This document shows positions 30,666 to 40,872 of a DNA stretch of 64,000 nucleotides, piece after piece. The stretch's first letter is position 1; each line of letters opens with the position of its first letter. The notes under the pieces are model-generated. The model was not told the origin of the DNA. It worked only from the letters and a program-made list of their open reading frames with translations, and ran no database searches. The DNA is from a virus. Lineage: Duplodnaviria; Caudoviricetes. A program made the translations under genes and the position numbers. The DNA lies in IMG/VR virus record IMGVR_UViG_3300030102_008735, positions 17,422 to 81,421 of that record, one strand, 5' to 3'.

Positions 30666-31861
30666 AAATAAGTTTTATTCAACCAAGTAGAAACAATCTT
30701 AAGTATTTAAAATGGTCTTATGATTCAATTAGAAAAAATCAAGGTGATCACACTGTGGAAATTTGTGTGGCTGATGATTTTTCTAATGATGGTACATGGA
30801 ATTGGTGTCAAGAAACAATGAAGAATGATTCTAATTTTAAAGCAATTAGAAATGAAGGACCAACTAGATTAGGACATACAATACTATATGACAGATTAGT
30901 TAATGAAGTGGCAAGTCATGACATCTGTATGATATATCATGCCGATATGTATTTATGCCCAGATGCATTAGATGCAATTGAAAGATATATAAAACCAAAA
31001 GAAATTGTATCATTAACAAGAATAGAACCACCACTACACCCAGAAGGACCAGAAAAAATATTAAAAGATTTTGGAATAGAGCCTGAAGAATTTAAAGAAG
31101 ACGACTTATTACATTTTTTATATAGAAATGAAAAATTATTAGGAAGAGTTACTGAAGGTATATTTGCTCCATGGGCTTTCTATAAAAAAGATTTTCAGGA
31201 GATAGGTGGCCATGATAAAATATTTGCACCTCAATCAAAAGAAGACACTGATATATTTAATAGGTTTCAATTGAATGGGGTTAAATTTACTCAAACATGG
31301 CGAGGTTGTGTTTATCATATGACTTGTAGAGGTAGTAGGTTTGCCGATGGTGCAAAAAGAAATCCTGATGGTCAAGTATTTATGAAGAACAGGGAAACAG
31401 ATGAATGGTTGAAACAAAATCAAAAAGCAACTAGGGAATTTATTAGAAAATGGGGACACTTTTGTAAACATGATGAATATATGAAACCAATTATTCCACC
31501 GAAGTATGATATAGGATTTGTCATTAATAATATCCATGAACAATTAATAGGTGCTTTAGAACCTTGGTGCAGTACAATATATACCGATGATAGTTATATT
31601 CCAATCGGAGATTATATTGAGAATGAAGATACATCATTTGATATGAATGCTAAATTTAAACCACTATCTAGTAAAAAGGAAAATGATATTTTAGTTGAAA
31701 TAGAAGGAAGATTATTTAACCAAAACGATTTTCAGTATATACAACAACTGTCTGAAATAATCAATGATAGTGGTGAAATAGGATCTTTTAATTTAGGCAA
31801 TTTAAAAATAACCATTAATAGTTTAAATACATATGAAAAGGAATTGATAGTCTGTGAATAA
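30662..31861 (+). CDS. GT2-family glycosyltransferase
   Basis: ADDFSNDGT, YHADM, GGHD..F, EDTD, YH. Confidence 0.88.
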   Translation: MKISFIQPSRNNLKYLKWSYDSIRKNQGDHTVEICVADDFSNDGTWNWCQETMKNDSNFKAIRNEGPTRLGHTILYDRLVNEVASHDICMIYHADMYLCPDALDAIERYIKPKEIVSLTRIEPPLHPEGPEKILKDFGIEPEEFKEDDLLHFLYRNEKLLGRVTEGIFAPWAFYKKDFQEIGGHDKIFAPQSKEDTDIFNRFQLNGVKFTQTWRGCVYHMTCRGSRFADGAKRNPDGQVFMKNRETDEWLKQNQKATREFIRKWGHFCKHDEYMKPIIPPKYDIGFVINNIHEQLIGALEPWCSTIYTDDSYIPIGDYIENEDTSFDMNAKFKPLSSKKENDILVEIEGRLFNQNDFQYIQQLSEIINDSGEIGSFNLGNLKITINSLNTYEKELIVCE

Positions 31862-32933
31862 GTTTATACATATATTAGGTGCTAGACCTCAATTTGTTAA
31901 AGCAGGTATAATTGTTAATAAGATGATCAATAAAGGATGGGACTGTAAAATAATTCATACAGGACAACACTTTGATTCAAATATGTCAGATATCTTCTTT
32001 AGTGAAATGAATTTACCAACTCCAGATTACAATTTAGGTATACATTCAATGTCACATGGTGAAATGACTGGAGAAATGATTATACAAATTGAAAGATTAT
32101 TGGTTAAAGAAAAACCAGACTTTATAGTTATTTATGGTGATACAAATTCAACTTTGGCCGGTGCAATTGCTGCAAAGAAATTAGATATAAAAATTATTCA
32201 TATTGAAGGCGGAATAAGAAATTATGATTTTAAAATGCCTGAAGAAATAAATAGAATATTGGTTGATAAAATATCAAACATAGTACTTTGTCCAACAGAA
32301 CATTCAATGGACAATATGATTATGGAAGCATGTGATAGACATGAACAAAAATGTTATTTTACAGGTGATATAATGTATGACTGTTATTTACAATCAAAGA
32401 ATATTTTTAAATATGATAATGTTCCTAATAACGATTATGCATTAGTAACAATCCATCGCCAAGAAAATGTTGATGATCACATAGAACAAATTGTTGATTT
32501 TCTAAATTCAGTAAATGAAAAAATACAAATTTTATTTCCTATACATCCTAGAACTAGAAATAAAATAAATAAAGAAAAACTAACTAATAGAGTCAAGTTT
32601 AAAACAATAGATCCAGTTGGTTATTTAAATATGCAAGGACTTATAGAAAAAAGTAGTTTTGTAATTACTGATAGTGGAGGTTTGATTAAAGAGGCATACT
32701 ATCATAAAAAACCAAGCCTGTGTTTATTGAAAAATCCAGTTTGGCCGGAACTAGAAAAGGCTTCTATAAATTCATGGATTGGCGATTCAGAATTACTAAA
32801 TAAATGTGATAGTATAATTTATGGATTGGAATATATGAATAAACATATTGATGCACAACACCAAAAAAGTCATATTTTTGGAAATGGTACAACATGTGAT
32901 TTAATAATTAAAAGTATTGAAGAAAATATATAA
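31854..32933 (+). CDS. wecB: UDP-GlcNAc 2-epimerase, non-hydrolysing (WecB/WbpI)
   Basis: GARPQFVK, HTGQH, GDTNST, HIEGG, MPEEINR, TIHRQEN, TDSGG. Confidence 0.93.
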   Translation: MNKFIHILGARPQFVKAGIIVNKMINKGWDCKIIHTGQHFDSNMSDIFFSEMNLPTPDYNLGIHSMSHGEMTGEMIIQIERLLVKEKPDFIVIYGDTNSTLAGAIAAKKLDIKIIHIEGGIRNYDFKMPEEINRILVDKISNIVLCPTEHSMDNMIMEACDRHEQKCYFTGDIMYDCYLQSKNIFKYDNVPNNDYALVTIHRQENVDDHIEQIVDFLNSVNEKIQILFPIHPRTRNKINKEKLTNRVKFKTIDPVGYLNMQGLIEKSSFVITDSGGLIKEAYYHKKPSLCLLKNPVWPELEKASINSWIGDSELLNKCDSIIYGLEYMNKHIDAQHQKSHIFGNGTTCDLIIKSIEENI

Positions 32934-33799
32934 TGAAAAAATTTGCATTAATAGGGGCAAGCGGCTATATAGCACCAAGACATGTTGAGGCAATAAAACA
33001 TATAGGTGGTGATTTAGTTGCATTACTAGATCCATATGACGGAATAGGATACATAGATAAATATTTTCCTAATGCATCATACTTTAAGGAAACTGAAAGA
33101 TTTGATAGACATTTAGACAGACTTAGGAGAAAGGGAAATGGAGTGGATTATGTATCAATATGTTCCCCAAATTATTTACATGATTCTCACATAAGACTAG
33201 GACTAAGGAATGGTGCAAATATAATATGTGAAAAACCTATAGTACTAAAACATGAACACATACAGTCGCTTTTAAATATACAGAATGAAACAGGAAAAAC
33301 AATAAATACTATTTTGCAATTAAGACATCATCCAACAATAGTTTCACTAAGAGAAAGATTTAAGGATACAAAAAATATTCATGACATTACCTTAAAATAT
33401 ATAACTCCAAGAGGGTTGTGGTATAAGTATTCATGGAAAGGTGATATAGATAAATCAGGTGGTGTAGCATCAAATATTGGTGTACATTTTTTTGATATGC
33501 TAATTTGGATTTTTGGAAATGTAAGAATTGTTGATGTAAAAAATACTGAGACAAGTTCAAAAGGTACTCTTATACTTGATAATGCAAATGTAAAATTCAA
33601 CCTAAGTATAAATCAAGAAGATTTACCTTGGAATGAATGGAAAGCATTTAGGTCTATAACAATAAATGGTGAAGAACTTGAGTTCTCAGACGGATTTACA
33701 GAATTACATAACGTTAGTTATGATAAGATTATTAATGGAAATGGATGGGGTTTAACCGATGTTGAAAAAACTATAGAATTAGTCGAGAAATTAACATGA
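32933..33799 (+). CDS. wbpB: UDP-GlcNAcA 3-dehydrogenase (WbpB/WlbA, Gfo/Idh/MocA)
   Basis: FALIGASGYIAPRH, SICSPNYLHD, CEKP, SWKG..KSGG..NIGVHFFD, EFSDGFT.LH. Confidence 0.9.
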   Translation: MKKFALIGASGYIAPRHVEAIKHIGGDLVALLDPYDGIGYIDKYFPNASYFKETERFDRHLDRLRRKGNGVDYVSICSPNYLHDSHIRLGLRNGANIICEKPIVLKHEHIQSLLNIQNETGKTINTILQLRHHPTIVSLRERFKDTKNIHDITLKYITPRGLWYKYSWKGDIDKSGGVASNIGVHFFDMLIWIFGNVRIVDVKNTETSSKGTLILDNANVKFNLSINQEDLPWNEWKAFRSITINGEELEFSDGFTELHNVSYDKIINGNGWGLTDVEKTIELVEKLT

Positions 33800-34770
33800 A
33801 AGATAATATAATAATATATGTATCATCAAAAAATAACTATGATATGTTGGAACATGAAGTACTTAAAAATATAAAACTTAATGGGTTTGAGTTTATTAAT
33901 GTTGATGACAATTCATATGATATTGAAAAGGAAAATGGTATTGATCTATGTAAAGAAAAAAACATAACATTTTTGGAAAATGAAGGCATAGGAGTACAAT
34001 GGGCAACTCAAACTTTAATTAATTTCATAAATAAAAATAGACCTAATTGTAAATGGATATTATGTTTTCAGCATGATAATTATCCTATAACTCCAAACTT
34101 TTTTGAAAGAATAAGTAATCTTACTAATACTGGAAAAATTGACGAGTTTGGCTTATTAGGATTCAATGTACTTGACAGGGGCAAATATTGTAAGAACCAT
34201 TATGAAAAGTGGAAAGACGGAGAATATGTACCAGGAATGTTAGGTCTTTGTCATTTAAGTGTAAAAAGTGAAAGTAAAAGATGGATATCGCCTAGTCACA
34301 ACTATGACCTATGTGTAGATAATTGGGATAACTGGAAAAATCCGTTTATAGTTGAAATGCCTATGTGGGCAGCTGTTGGAATAAATGTTAAAAAGTGGAA
34401 TGATAATATAGAACCTTGTAATGATTATAGGTTTCATCTTTGGTTACCAGATATTGCAATGAAATTTAATTCATTAAATATTCCAACAATTATTCTTCCT
34501 AAATTATATTGTATGAATGATCAGGACTTAAAGGAAAAATATGACATACCTAGTAAGTCAGTTACCTCAGGATTTAAACATTATTTTGGTGATGTAAGTT
34601 CAAAGGATTCTCAAAAAATATTTAATTCAAGATGGGGTTGGAAATATAATGATGCAAAAAATACTTTTGGTAAAGTTGAAAAAAAATATAGTAATACTTT
34701 ATTAAGTGATTATTTCAATAATGATCCATATAAAGGTGCTTTAAAAACATACGACTTTGGAGAATACTAA
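33796..34770 (+). CDS. GT2-like glycosyltransferase
   Basis: NVDDNS, WILCFQHD. Confidence 0.7.
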   Translation: MKDNIIIYVSSKNNYDMLEHEVLKNIKLNGFEFINVDDNSYDIEKENGIDLCKEKNITFLENEGIGVQWATQTLINFINKNRPNCKWILCFQHDNYPITPNFFERISNLTNTGKIDEFGLLGFNVLDRGKYCKNHYEKWKDGEYVPGMLGLCHLSVKSESKRWISPSHNYDLCVDNWDNWKNPFIVEMPMWAAVGINVKKWNDNIEPCNDYRFHLWLPDIAMKFNSLNIPTIILPKLYCMNDQDLKEKYDIPSKSVTSGFKHYFGDVSSKDSQKIFNSRWGWKYNDAKNTFGKVEKKYSNTLLSDYFNNDPYKGALKTYDFGEY

Positions 34771-35729
34771 TGAATATAATGGTAACAGGTGCAGCAGGAC
34801 TTATAGGTTCGCATTTAGTTGATAAACTATTGGTTGATGGCCATAATGTAATTGGTTTAGATAACCTATCATTTGGAACAGCTGACAATTTAAAATTTGC
34901 AAGAAAATTTAAAAATTTTATATTTCATAAAAATCAATCTAAAAATTATTCTAATATTGATTTTGTGTTTCACTTAGCATCTGGTAAAAAGGCATATCCT
35001 AATAGCTCAAAAAATATTATGAGTCAAGAAATGTCATGTTCTGATGTGCTAAAAAATAATTCACAAATGATTATGGATATATCAAAATATTGTATGCAGA
35101 GAAACATTCCTATGATATTTACTTCAACATCAGATGTATATGGAGATCATCATGATTTTAAAGAAAGTAGTTCAGTACAAATAGGACCAACAAATATTGA
35201 GAGGTACAGTTATTCAATGACTAAATTATTTGAAGAACAATATCTTTTAAATTTATATAATGAAAATAAAATAAATGTATGCATTCCAAGAATATTTGGA
35301 TGCTTTAGTGAAAGGTCAAAAAAAGGTTGGTCTGCAGGACATATTCCAATTTTTATTAATAATGCATTAAATAATAAAGACATTGTAATTCATGGTGACG
35401 GAAAGCAAACACGTACAATGGTTTATGTAAGTGATATTGTTGAAGGACTAATTAAAATAATGGAAAACTTTGAAAAAGTAAATGGTGAAATAATCAATCT
35501 AGGTGGTGAAGAAGAAATGAGTATATATGATCATGCAAAAATGATATTGGAAATCACAAACTCAAATTCAGATATAAAATTTGTTGATGAAAAGTCAATT
35601 CATGGAAAGTACAAGGACATAAGAAGAAGAAAACCTAACTTAACAAAAATAAAAAATTTATTAGGATTTAAACAGAAATCCAATTTTAAAGAATCCCTAA
35701 TAAAAGTAATAGATGATTGGAAAAATTAA
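34770..35729 (+). CDS. NAD-dependent epimerase/dehydratase (extended SDR)
   Basis: TGAAGLIG, STSDVYG, YSMTK, GDGKQTR. Confidence 0.92.
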   Translation: MNIMVTGAAGLIGSHLVDKLLVDGHNVIGLDNLSFGTADNLKFARKFKNFIFHKNQSKNYSNIDFVFHLASGKKAYPNSSKNIMSQEMSCSDVLKNNSQMIMDISKYCMQRNIPMIFTSTSDVYGDHHDFKESSSVQIGPTNIERYSYSMTKLFEEQYLLNLYNENKINVCIPRIFGCFSERSKKGWSAGHIPIFINNALNNKDIVIHGDGKQTRTMVYVSDIVEGLIKIMENFEKVNGEIINLGGEEEMSIYDHAKMILEITNSNSDIKFVDEKSIHGKYKDIRRRKPNLTKIKNLLGFKQKSNFKESLIKVIDDWKN

Positions 35730-35730
35730 A

Positions 35731-36642
35731 ATGAAAAAATTACAAAGAGCAATAGTAACTGGTGGGGCTGGATTTATAGGATCACATTTAGTTGATAAAT
35801 TAATTGATATGGGAGTAAGAGTTACTATTATTGATGACTTTTCAACAGGTAAACGTGAAAACATCAACCCAGCCGCATATTGTTGGGAACAGGATTTATC
35901 AACAGTCGAGGTAAGTACTCTAACTGAATATATGAAAAATGTAGATGTAGTATTTCATATGGCTGCATTGGCAAGAGTTCAACCATCAATAGAAAATCCT
36001 GTAGACTATCATAATGTAAATGTTACAGGTACACATAACTTATTGGTTGCTGCAAGGGATGGAGGAGTAAGAAGATTTATATACAGTTCGTCAAGTTCAA
36101 TATATGGTGATGCAAAAGTTCCAACATTAGAAGAACATCCAAAAAATCCAATGTCACCTTATGCACTACATAAATTAATTGGAGAACAATACTGTAAATT
36201 GTTTAATACATTATATAATATTGATGCAATATCATTAAGATACTTTAATGTATATGGTGACAGAATGTCATTGGATGGTGCATATAGATTGGCCATTCCA
36301 ATATTTGCAACTCAAATCAAAGAAGGTAAACCTTGTACTATTAATAATGATGGTAATCAAAAAAGAGACTTTACTTATGTAGGTGACGTTGTTGAAGCAA
36401 ATATATTGGCAGCAATGGATGAAGATATTAAAGGAGAAGTATTTAATATTGGTAATGGAAATAACTATTCAGTTAATGAACTAGTTGATATGATGGGTGG
36501 AGAAAAAAGTTATGGTAATAAAGTTATCGAACCATTTGAAACTTTAGCCGATAATTCAAAAGCTTATTTTGATTTTGGCTGGAGTCCAAAAGGAAATTTA
36601 GAAAAATGGATAAAAAATTATATGGAGAAATTAAGGTTATGA
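35731..36642 (+). CDS. NAD-dependent NDP-sugar 4-epimerase-like SDR
   Basis: TGGAGFIG, SSSSIYG, YALHK, LRYFNVYG, RDFTYV. Confidence 0.93.
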   Translation: MKKLQRAIVTGGAGFIGSHLVDKLIDMGVRVTIIDDFSTGKRENINPAAYCWEQDLSTVEVSTLTEYMKNVDVVFHMAALARVQPSIENPVDYHNVNVTGTHNLLVAARDGGVRRFIYSSSSSIYGDAKVPTLEEHPKNPMSPYALHKLIGEQYCKLFNTLYNIDAISLRYFNVYGDRMSLDGAYRLAIPIFATQIKEGKPCTINNDGNQKRDFTYVGDVVEANILAAMDEDIKGEVFNIGNGNNYSVNELVDMMGGEKSYGNKVIEPFETLADNSKAYFDFGWSPKGNLEKWIKNYMEKLRL

Positions 36643-36845
36643 AAAAATCAAAAAGAGGAAGACCACCAAAAAAAGTAAAAAAATGGAATCCTATGTATAC
36701 TAAAATTATGGTTAGAAAAATTTTACAAGAAAAGCTTAGGGAAAATGATCATGATATAGCGGAGTTGGTTGACATAAGATCTAAATTTATAGACTCAGTA
36801 TTGGAGGAACTTGATAAAACCGTTAAGGGAGAAAATGAACAATGA
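36639..36845 (+). CDS. Small basic protein with an AT-hook-like motif
   Basis: KRGRPPKK; ATGA overlaps at both ends. Confidence 0.65.
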   Translation: MKKSKRGRPPKKVKKWNPMYTKIMVRKILQEKLRENDHDIAELVDIRSKFIDSVLEELDKTVKGENEQ

Positions 36846-37717
36846 AAAAAATAGGAATAGTTGGTAGAGGATTTGTTGGCTCAGCAGTTGAATATGGATT
36901 TTCACCACAAACAGGATGTGATGCACAAGTTATGATTTATGATAAAGATCCGTCAAAGAGTATACATTCTTTGGAAGAAACTGTAAATAATTCAGACTTT
37001 ATATTTATATCTGTACCAACACCTTCAAATCCAGATGGCAGTATGAATGTTGATATACTACATTCTGCACTTTCTGAAATAGAAAAAATAAATAAAAGAA
37101 AAGGAAATATATTTTTAATAAGATCAACTGTTACCCCTGGAACTACAACTTGGTTAGCAAGAAATTTTACAAAACTTAATATAGTTTTTAATCCTGAGTT
37201 TTTAACAGAAAGATCTGCTAGATTTGACTTCATAAATCAATCAAGAATAATTCTTGGAGGTAGAAAAAGAAACACGGCAAGAGTTTCAGAACTATTTAGA
37301 TGGAGATTTGGTGATTCAATGTCAATAATTGAAACAAACTTTGAAACGGCAGAAATGATAAAGTACATGAATAATTGTTATTTTGCAACAAAGGTATCCT
37401 TTATGAATGAAATGAAAATGGTTGCTGATGAGTGTAGTGTAGACTGGGACATGGCTGTTGAAGGATTTGTTCGTGATGGAAGAATAGGTCATAGTCACTT
37501 AGCAGTTCCAGGTCCTGATGGTAGAAAAGGATTTGGTGGAAGTTGCTTTCCAAAGGATGTACAAGCAATGATACATTTTGGTGAAGAACTAGGATTAGGT
37601 ATGCATACACTAAATGGTACTTGGAAAACTAATTTAACTGTAAGACCTGAAAAAGATTGGGAACAACTAAAAGGTAGAGCAGTTGTAGAAAATAAAGGAG
37701 AAGAAAATGATTCATGA
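36842..37717 (+). CDS. UDP-glucose/GDP-mannose 6-dehydrogenase family (short form)
   Basis: GRGFVG, SVPTP, RSTVTPG, NPEFL, GFGGSCFPKD. Confidence 0.93.
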   Translation: MKKIGIVGRGFVGSAVEYGFSPQTGCDAQVMIYDKDPSKSIHSLEETVNNSDFIFISVPTPSNPDGSMNVDILHSALSEIEKINKRKGNIFLIRSTVTPGTTTWLARNFTKLNIVFNPEFLTERSARFDFINQSRIILGGRKRNTARVSELFRWRFGDSMSIIETNFETAEMIKYMNNCYFATKVSFMNEMKMVADECSVDWDMAVEGFVRDGRIGHSHLAVPGPDGRKGFGGSCFPKDVQAMIHFGEELGLGMHTLNGTWKTNLTVRPEKDWEQLKGRAVVENKGEENDS

Positions 37718-38096
37718 AACAGCAAATGTTTTTGATTCTGCAATACTTGGTGAAAACGTAAAGGTTGGAGCATTTGCAGAAATAGGAAGAAACGTTGAAA
37801 TAGGGGATGGTTCAAACATATCTGCAGGAGTTTATATTCCTGAAAATGTTGTGATTGGTAAGAATGTATTTATAGGACCTCATGCAGTATTTACAAATGA
37901 TAAAAAACCACCATCAAATGGCGAATGGAGAAACACTGAAAAGACTTATGTAAATGATGGTGCGTCTATAGGTGCAAATTCAACAATACTTCCTTCAGTT
38001 ACAATTGGAAAGAATTCATTAATAGGTGCAGGTTCAGTTGTCACTAAAAATGTTCCAGATAATACAACAGCTTATGGAAATCCAGCAAAATGGTAG
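37707..38096 (+). CDS. Hexapeptide N-acetyltransferase (WbpD/WlbB-like)
   Basis: VFIGPHAVFTND, ASIGANSTIL, GAGSVVTK, GNPAK. Confidence 0.9.
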   Translation: MIHETANVFDSAILGENVKVGAFAEIGRNVEIGDGSNISAGVYIPENVVIGKNVFIGPHAVFTNDKKPPSNGEWRNTEKTYVNDGASIGANSTILPSVTIGKNSLIGAGSVVTKNVPDNTTAYGNPAKW

Positions 38097-38317
38097 AATA
38101 CTATTTAATATATAATAACGAAGATGAACCTATAACTATAGGTACTGATAATGGCTTTGGCGTTTTCTGGACAGATCAAGGAATGACAGCATTAATGAAC
38201 ATGGTTGATAAACATCCTGAAGAATTAGTGAATGTAATAATAAAAACAGATAAAGGAAAAAAATTTGGAATAACAGAATTCCTAGAGAAAATAAAAAATT
38301 TAAAGGTTAGAACATAA
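38090..38317 (+). CDS. Hypothetical protein
   Basis: ORF overlapping the end of the previous gene. Confidence 0.65.
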   Translation: MVEYYLIYNNEDEPITIGTDNGFGVFWTDQGMTALMNMVDKHPEELVNVIIKTDKGKKFGITEFLEKIKNLKVRT

Positions 38318-38442
38318 TGACTCCAAAATTAGATTTAAAAAAAGTTTTTGAAATAGACGATGATATTATCCTAAAAAAACAAAAAATAAAAAAAAGAAAG
38401 GATAAAACTGAAAAACAACAGAAAAAAAACAATAATAAGTAA
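38317..38442 (+). CDS. Short Lys-rich hypothetical peptide (41 aa; not in ORF track)
   Basis: TAATG overlap; MTPKLDLKKVFEIDDDIILKKQK... Confidence 0.45.
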   Translation: MTPKLDLKKVFEIDDDIILKKQKIKKRKDKTEKQQKKNNNK

Positions 38443-38462
38443 TATATACATATATTTATATA

Positions 38463-38720
38463 GTGTCAGCAAAGAAAAATAAAATAAAGTACGGAAACTA
38501 TTTATGTAACGTTGGATACTTTGATATTCGACAAAAAATAGTACTCTCTAAAAAAATAAAAAAGTCCGGAAAACTAGTTTCAACTAAGGGCTCAGTTGAC
38601 ATCTTTGTATATCATGGCAAACACCAGGTTGCTGGACCGTTTAAGGATAAAGCTTTGGCGATTGAAAAAGCAAATAAACTATTAAGTGAAAATTTTAAAT
38701 ATGATAAACATAGAAAGTAA
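38463..38720 (+). CDS. Hypothetical basic protein
   Basis: GTG start just after ATATTTATA. Confidence 0.6.
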   Translation: MSAKKNKIKYGNYLCNVGYFDIRQKIVLSKKIKKSGKLVSTKGSVDIFVYHGKHQVAGPFKDKALAIEKANKLLSENFKYDKHRK

Positions 38721-38889
38721 TCTCATAGGAAAAAAGGTTAAAGCAACTGAAACTATTACAACTCATAATGGTGCAATATATGCTGGTACTATTCTAAAAG
38801 TAAATGATATTAGGTCAGAAAAATTAATGGTTGAATGTCCTATGGGAAAGATACATTGGCTATCTAAAAATCATATAACTCTTATGTGA
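38701..38889 (+). CDS. Small SH3/KOW-like hypothetical protein
   Basis: LIGKKVKA..GTILKV..GKIHWL. Confidence 0.55.
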   Translation: MINIESNLIGKKVKATETITTHNGAIYAGTILKVNDIRSEKLMVECPMGKIHWLSKNHITLM

Positions 38890-38937
38890 GATTGATATTT
38901 ATTTAATAATTAAAAATCAAACCTTAGGAGTTTATAT

Positions 38938-39540
38938 ATGTACACAAAAGAAAAAATTGAAGCCGCTGTTAAATCTAAAGGATATGCTTGGTTTGAAACA
39001 GGCGACTATAATCTTAACATAGTAGGTGTTAGAAATTCTGAAACTGGCACTGAAGTAACAAACAAATTTGACGATAAAATTACGCTATCATTTATGTGTG
39101 ATGGACAATGGGAATTTTATTGTTATGATTGCACAACAGATCCTGGAAGATACTGGGTTGAAAACATTATGAGAAAAGAAGGTGTAGCTGTCTTAAAGGA
39201 AGGACAATACAGAGGAAGCCATATTATTAGATTGCATCAAGGTAGATATGAAGCATTAGGTCAAGATAGAAATGTAACAGTTTACAGGGATAATAACAAA
39301 GATGGTAAATATGACCTAGATCCAAACAATACTCAAACAGGACTATTTGGAATCAATATTCACAGGGCTACTAAATGGGGTGGTAAAAAATCTAGCCAAG
39401 TAGATAAGTGGAGTGCAGGATGTCAAGTAATAGCAGCTAATGATGATTGGCATGAATTTATGGATATATGTAGAGTTGCTAGGGATAAGTGGGGTAACAG
39501 ATTTACATATACTCTACTAGAAAGTAAAGATATAATATAA
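38938..39540 (+). CDS. Putative peptidoglycan-active enzyme with an L,D-transpeptidase (YkuD)-like catalytic motif
   Basis: GINIHRA...WSAGCQV (His...SxGC); AGGAG RBS. Confidence 0.65.
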   Translation: MYTKEKIEAAVKSKGYAWFETGDYNLNIVGVRNSETGTEVTNKFDDKITLSFMCDGQWEFYCYDCTTDPGRYWVENIMRKEGVAVLKEGQYRGSHIIRLHQGRYEALGQDRNVTVYRDNNKDGKYDLDPNNTQTGLFGINIHRATKWGGKKSSQVDKWSAGCQVIAANDDWHEFMDICRVARDKWGNRFTYTLLESKDII

Positions 39541-39627
39541 GTAAATTTCATTTTTTGAAGCCACTATATTATATTTATATTAATAGATATATAGTGAAAA
39601 AAGCTTATAACATAGGAAAAGAAAATT

Positions 39628-40863
39628 ATGAAAAAATCCCAACTAAGAAAACTGATAAAGTCTACAATCTCCGAAGTTTTATCAGAAGCAAGAATCAAAA
39701 AAGGAAGTATTGTAATTGCCAAAACAGGTGTACACAAAGGTGATAAACATGAAGTAATACATGATTTTGGAAATGGAAAATTCAATGTTACACCTCTTTC
39801 ATTTAGAAACAAATATCGTATGGGAGCTGCCGGTGCAGATGCTAAGGACTTAATACTTGTTAAAGAAACTAGAGAACAGGTACTTAATGAAAGGTTTGCG
39901 TCACGATTAGTACAAGACATGTTTAATAAAATGACTAGGTCTAGGGGATTTGGTAGTAGAGGAGACAAAAAGTTTTTTAATGCAGCATCAAAAGCGTATG
40001 GTATTGAATGGGATAAATTATCTGATGACGCAATATCAGGTCCTACTGCAAGGATGAAAAGACAAGGCCTTGAGTTTATACTATCAAAGACAAATCAAAC
40101 AGTAAAAGGTACTGGGAAGTATGATTATGAACGTGCTATTCAAGCAGGACAATTATTAGGTGTTGCAATGAATGGTAAAGCAGTATACTTTGGAAAGAGT
40201 GGATTGAAAACTGGTGCACCTAGTAGCCGTGATTTTCCTGAATATGTAGGACTTAATGTAATGGGATTTAAAAATGCAGATAGCATTATCAAAAGACTTA
40301 GTCCTAATGTTGAAGTATACCAAGTAGACATTAGTAAAGCTGGTGGTGCTAAGGAAAAACAACAAGCTAGGAAAGATGCAAGAAGAGGAGCAACTGCACT
40401 TCTGGACTTTAATACAATTAAAAGAGAAAACCAAGCAAGATATGAAAAGGCACTAAGAGATAGGTTGGCAAATTCAAGTCCTGTTGATCAGGCCTATAAA
40501 ATGGTTGAGGCCACTCAAAAAATGGCAGTTGCAGTTTCAAATAAAGATATTGAAATGTTGAAAAAAGGAATGGTCAGGGATAGTTGGTCTAGTAGAGGTG
40601 GTCAAATCAATAATGCATACAATCAAATGTTTACATCAATGCAAAGATTACTAAGTTTTGAAAATCAAGCAATCAAGGCAGCCGATAAAGATAAGGCAAT
40701 GAAATTGAAAAATGGTGAAAAACCTGCATGGAGTGAAGAAAAGTATTATTTAGATCAAATGATATCCGAGGCACGTAATATACAAAGAGTGTTTAAGGAA
40801 CTAAAAGCTGATTTATCTAAACTTAGCAAAGATAAAGACTATGTATCAATAAATCCAAGATAG
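39628..40863 (+). CDS. Basic modular protein, putative internal head polyprotein (KOW-like module first)
   Basis: MKKSQLRKLIKSTISEVLSE; junctions LVKE, VLNE. Confidence 0.6.
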   Translation: MKKSQLRKLIKSTISEVLSEARIKKGSIVIAKTGVHKGDKHEVIHDFGNGKFNVTPLSFRNKYRMGAAGADAKDLILVKETREQVLNERFASRLVQDMFNKMTRSRGFGSRGDKKFFNAASKAYGIEWDKLSDDAISGPTARMKRQGLEFILSKTNQTVKGTGKYDYERAIQAGQLLGVAMNGKAVYFGKSGLKTGAPSSRDFPEYVGLNVMGFKNADSIIKRLSPNVEVYQVDISKAGGAKEKQQARKDARRGATALLDFNTIKRENQARYEKALRDRLANSSPVDQAYKMVEATQKMAVAVSNKDIEMLKKGMVRDSWSSRGGQINNAYNQMFTSMQRLLSFENQAIKAADKDKAMKLKNGEKPAWSEEKYYLDQMISEARNIQRVFKELKADLSKLSKDKDYVSINPR

Positions 40864-40872
40864 GAGATCCAA

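Noticed and set aside
16562-38096. Cellular LPS/capsule locus (host contamination)
   Set aside because: No wzx/wzy/wzz or ABC export genes; interspersed phage-type hypotheticals; same strand, composition and packing as the flanking phage genes
39555-39743. 62-aa TTG-start ORF
   Set aside because: Overlaps the 39628 gene out of frame and spans its probable promoter
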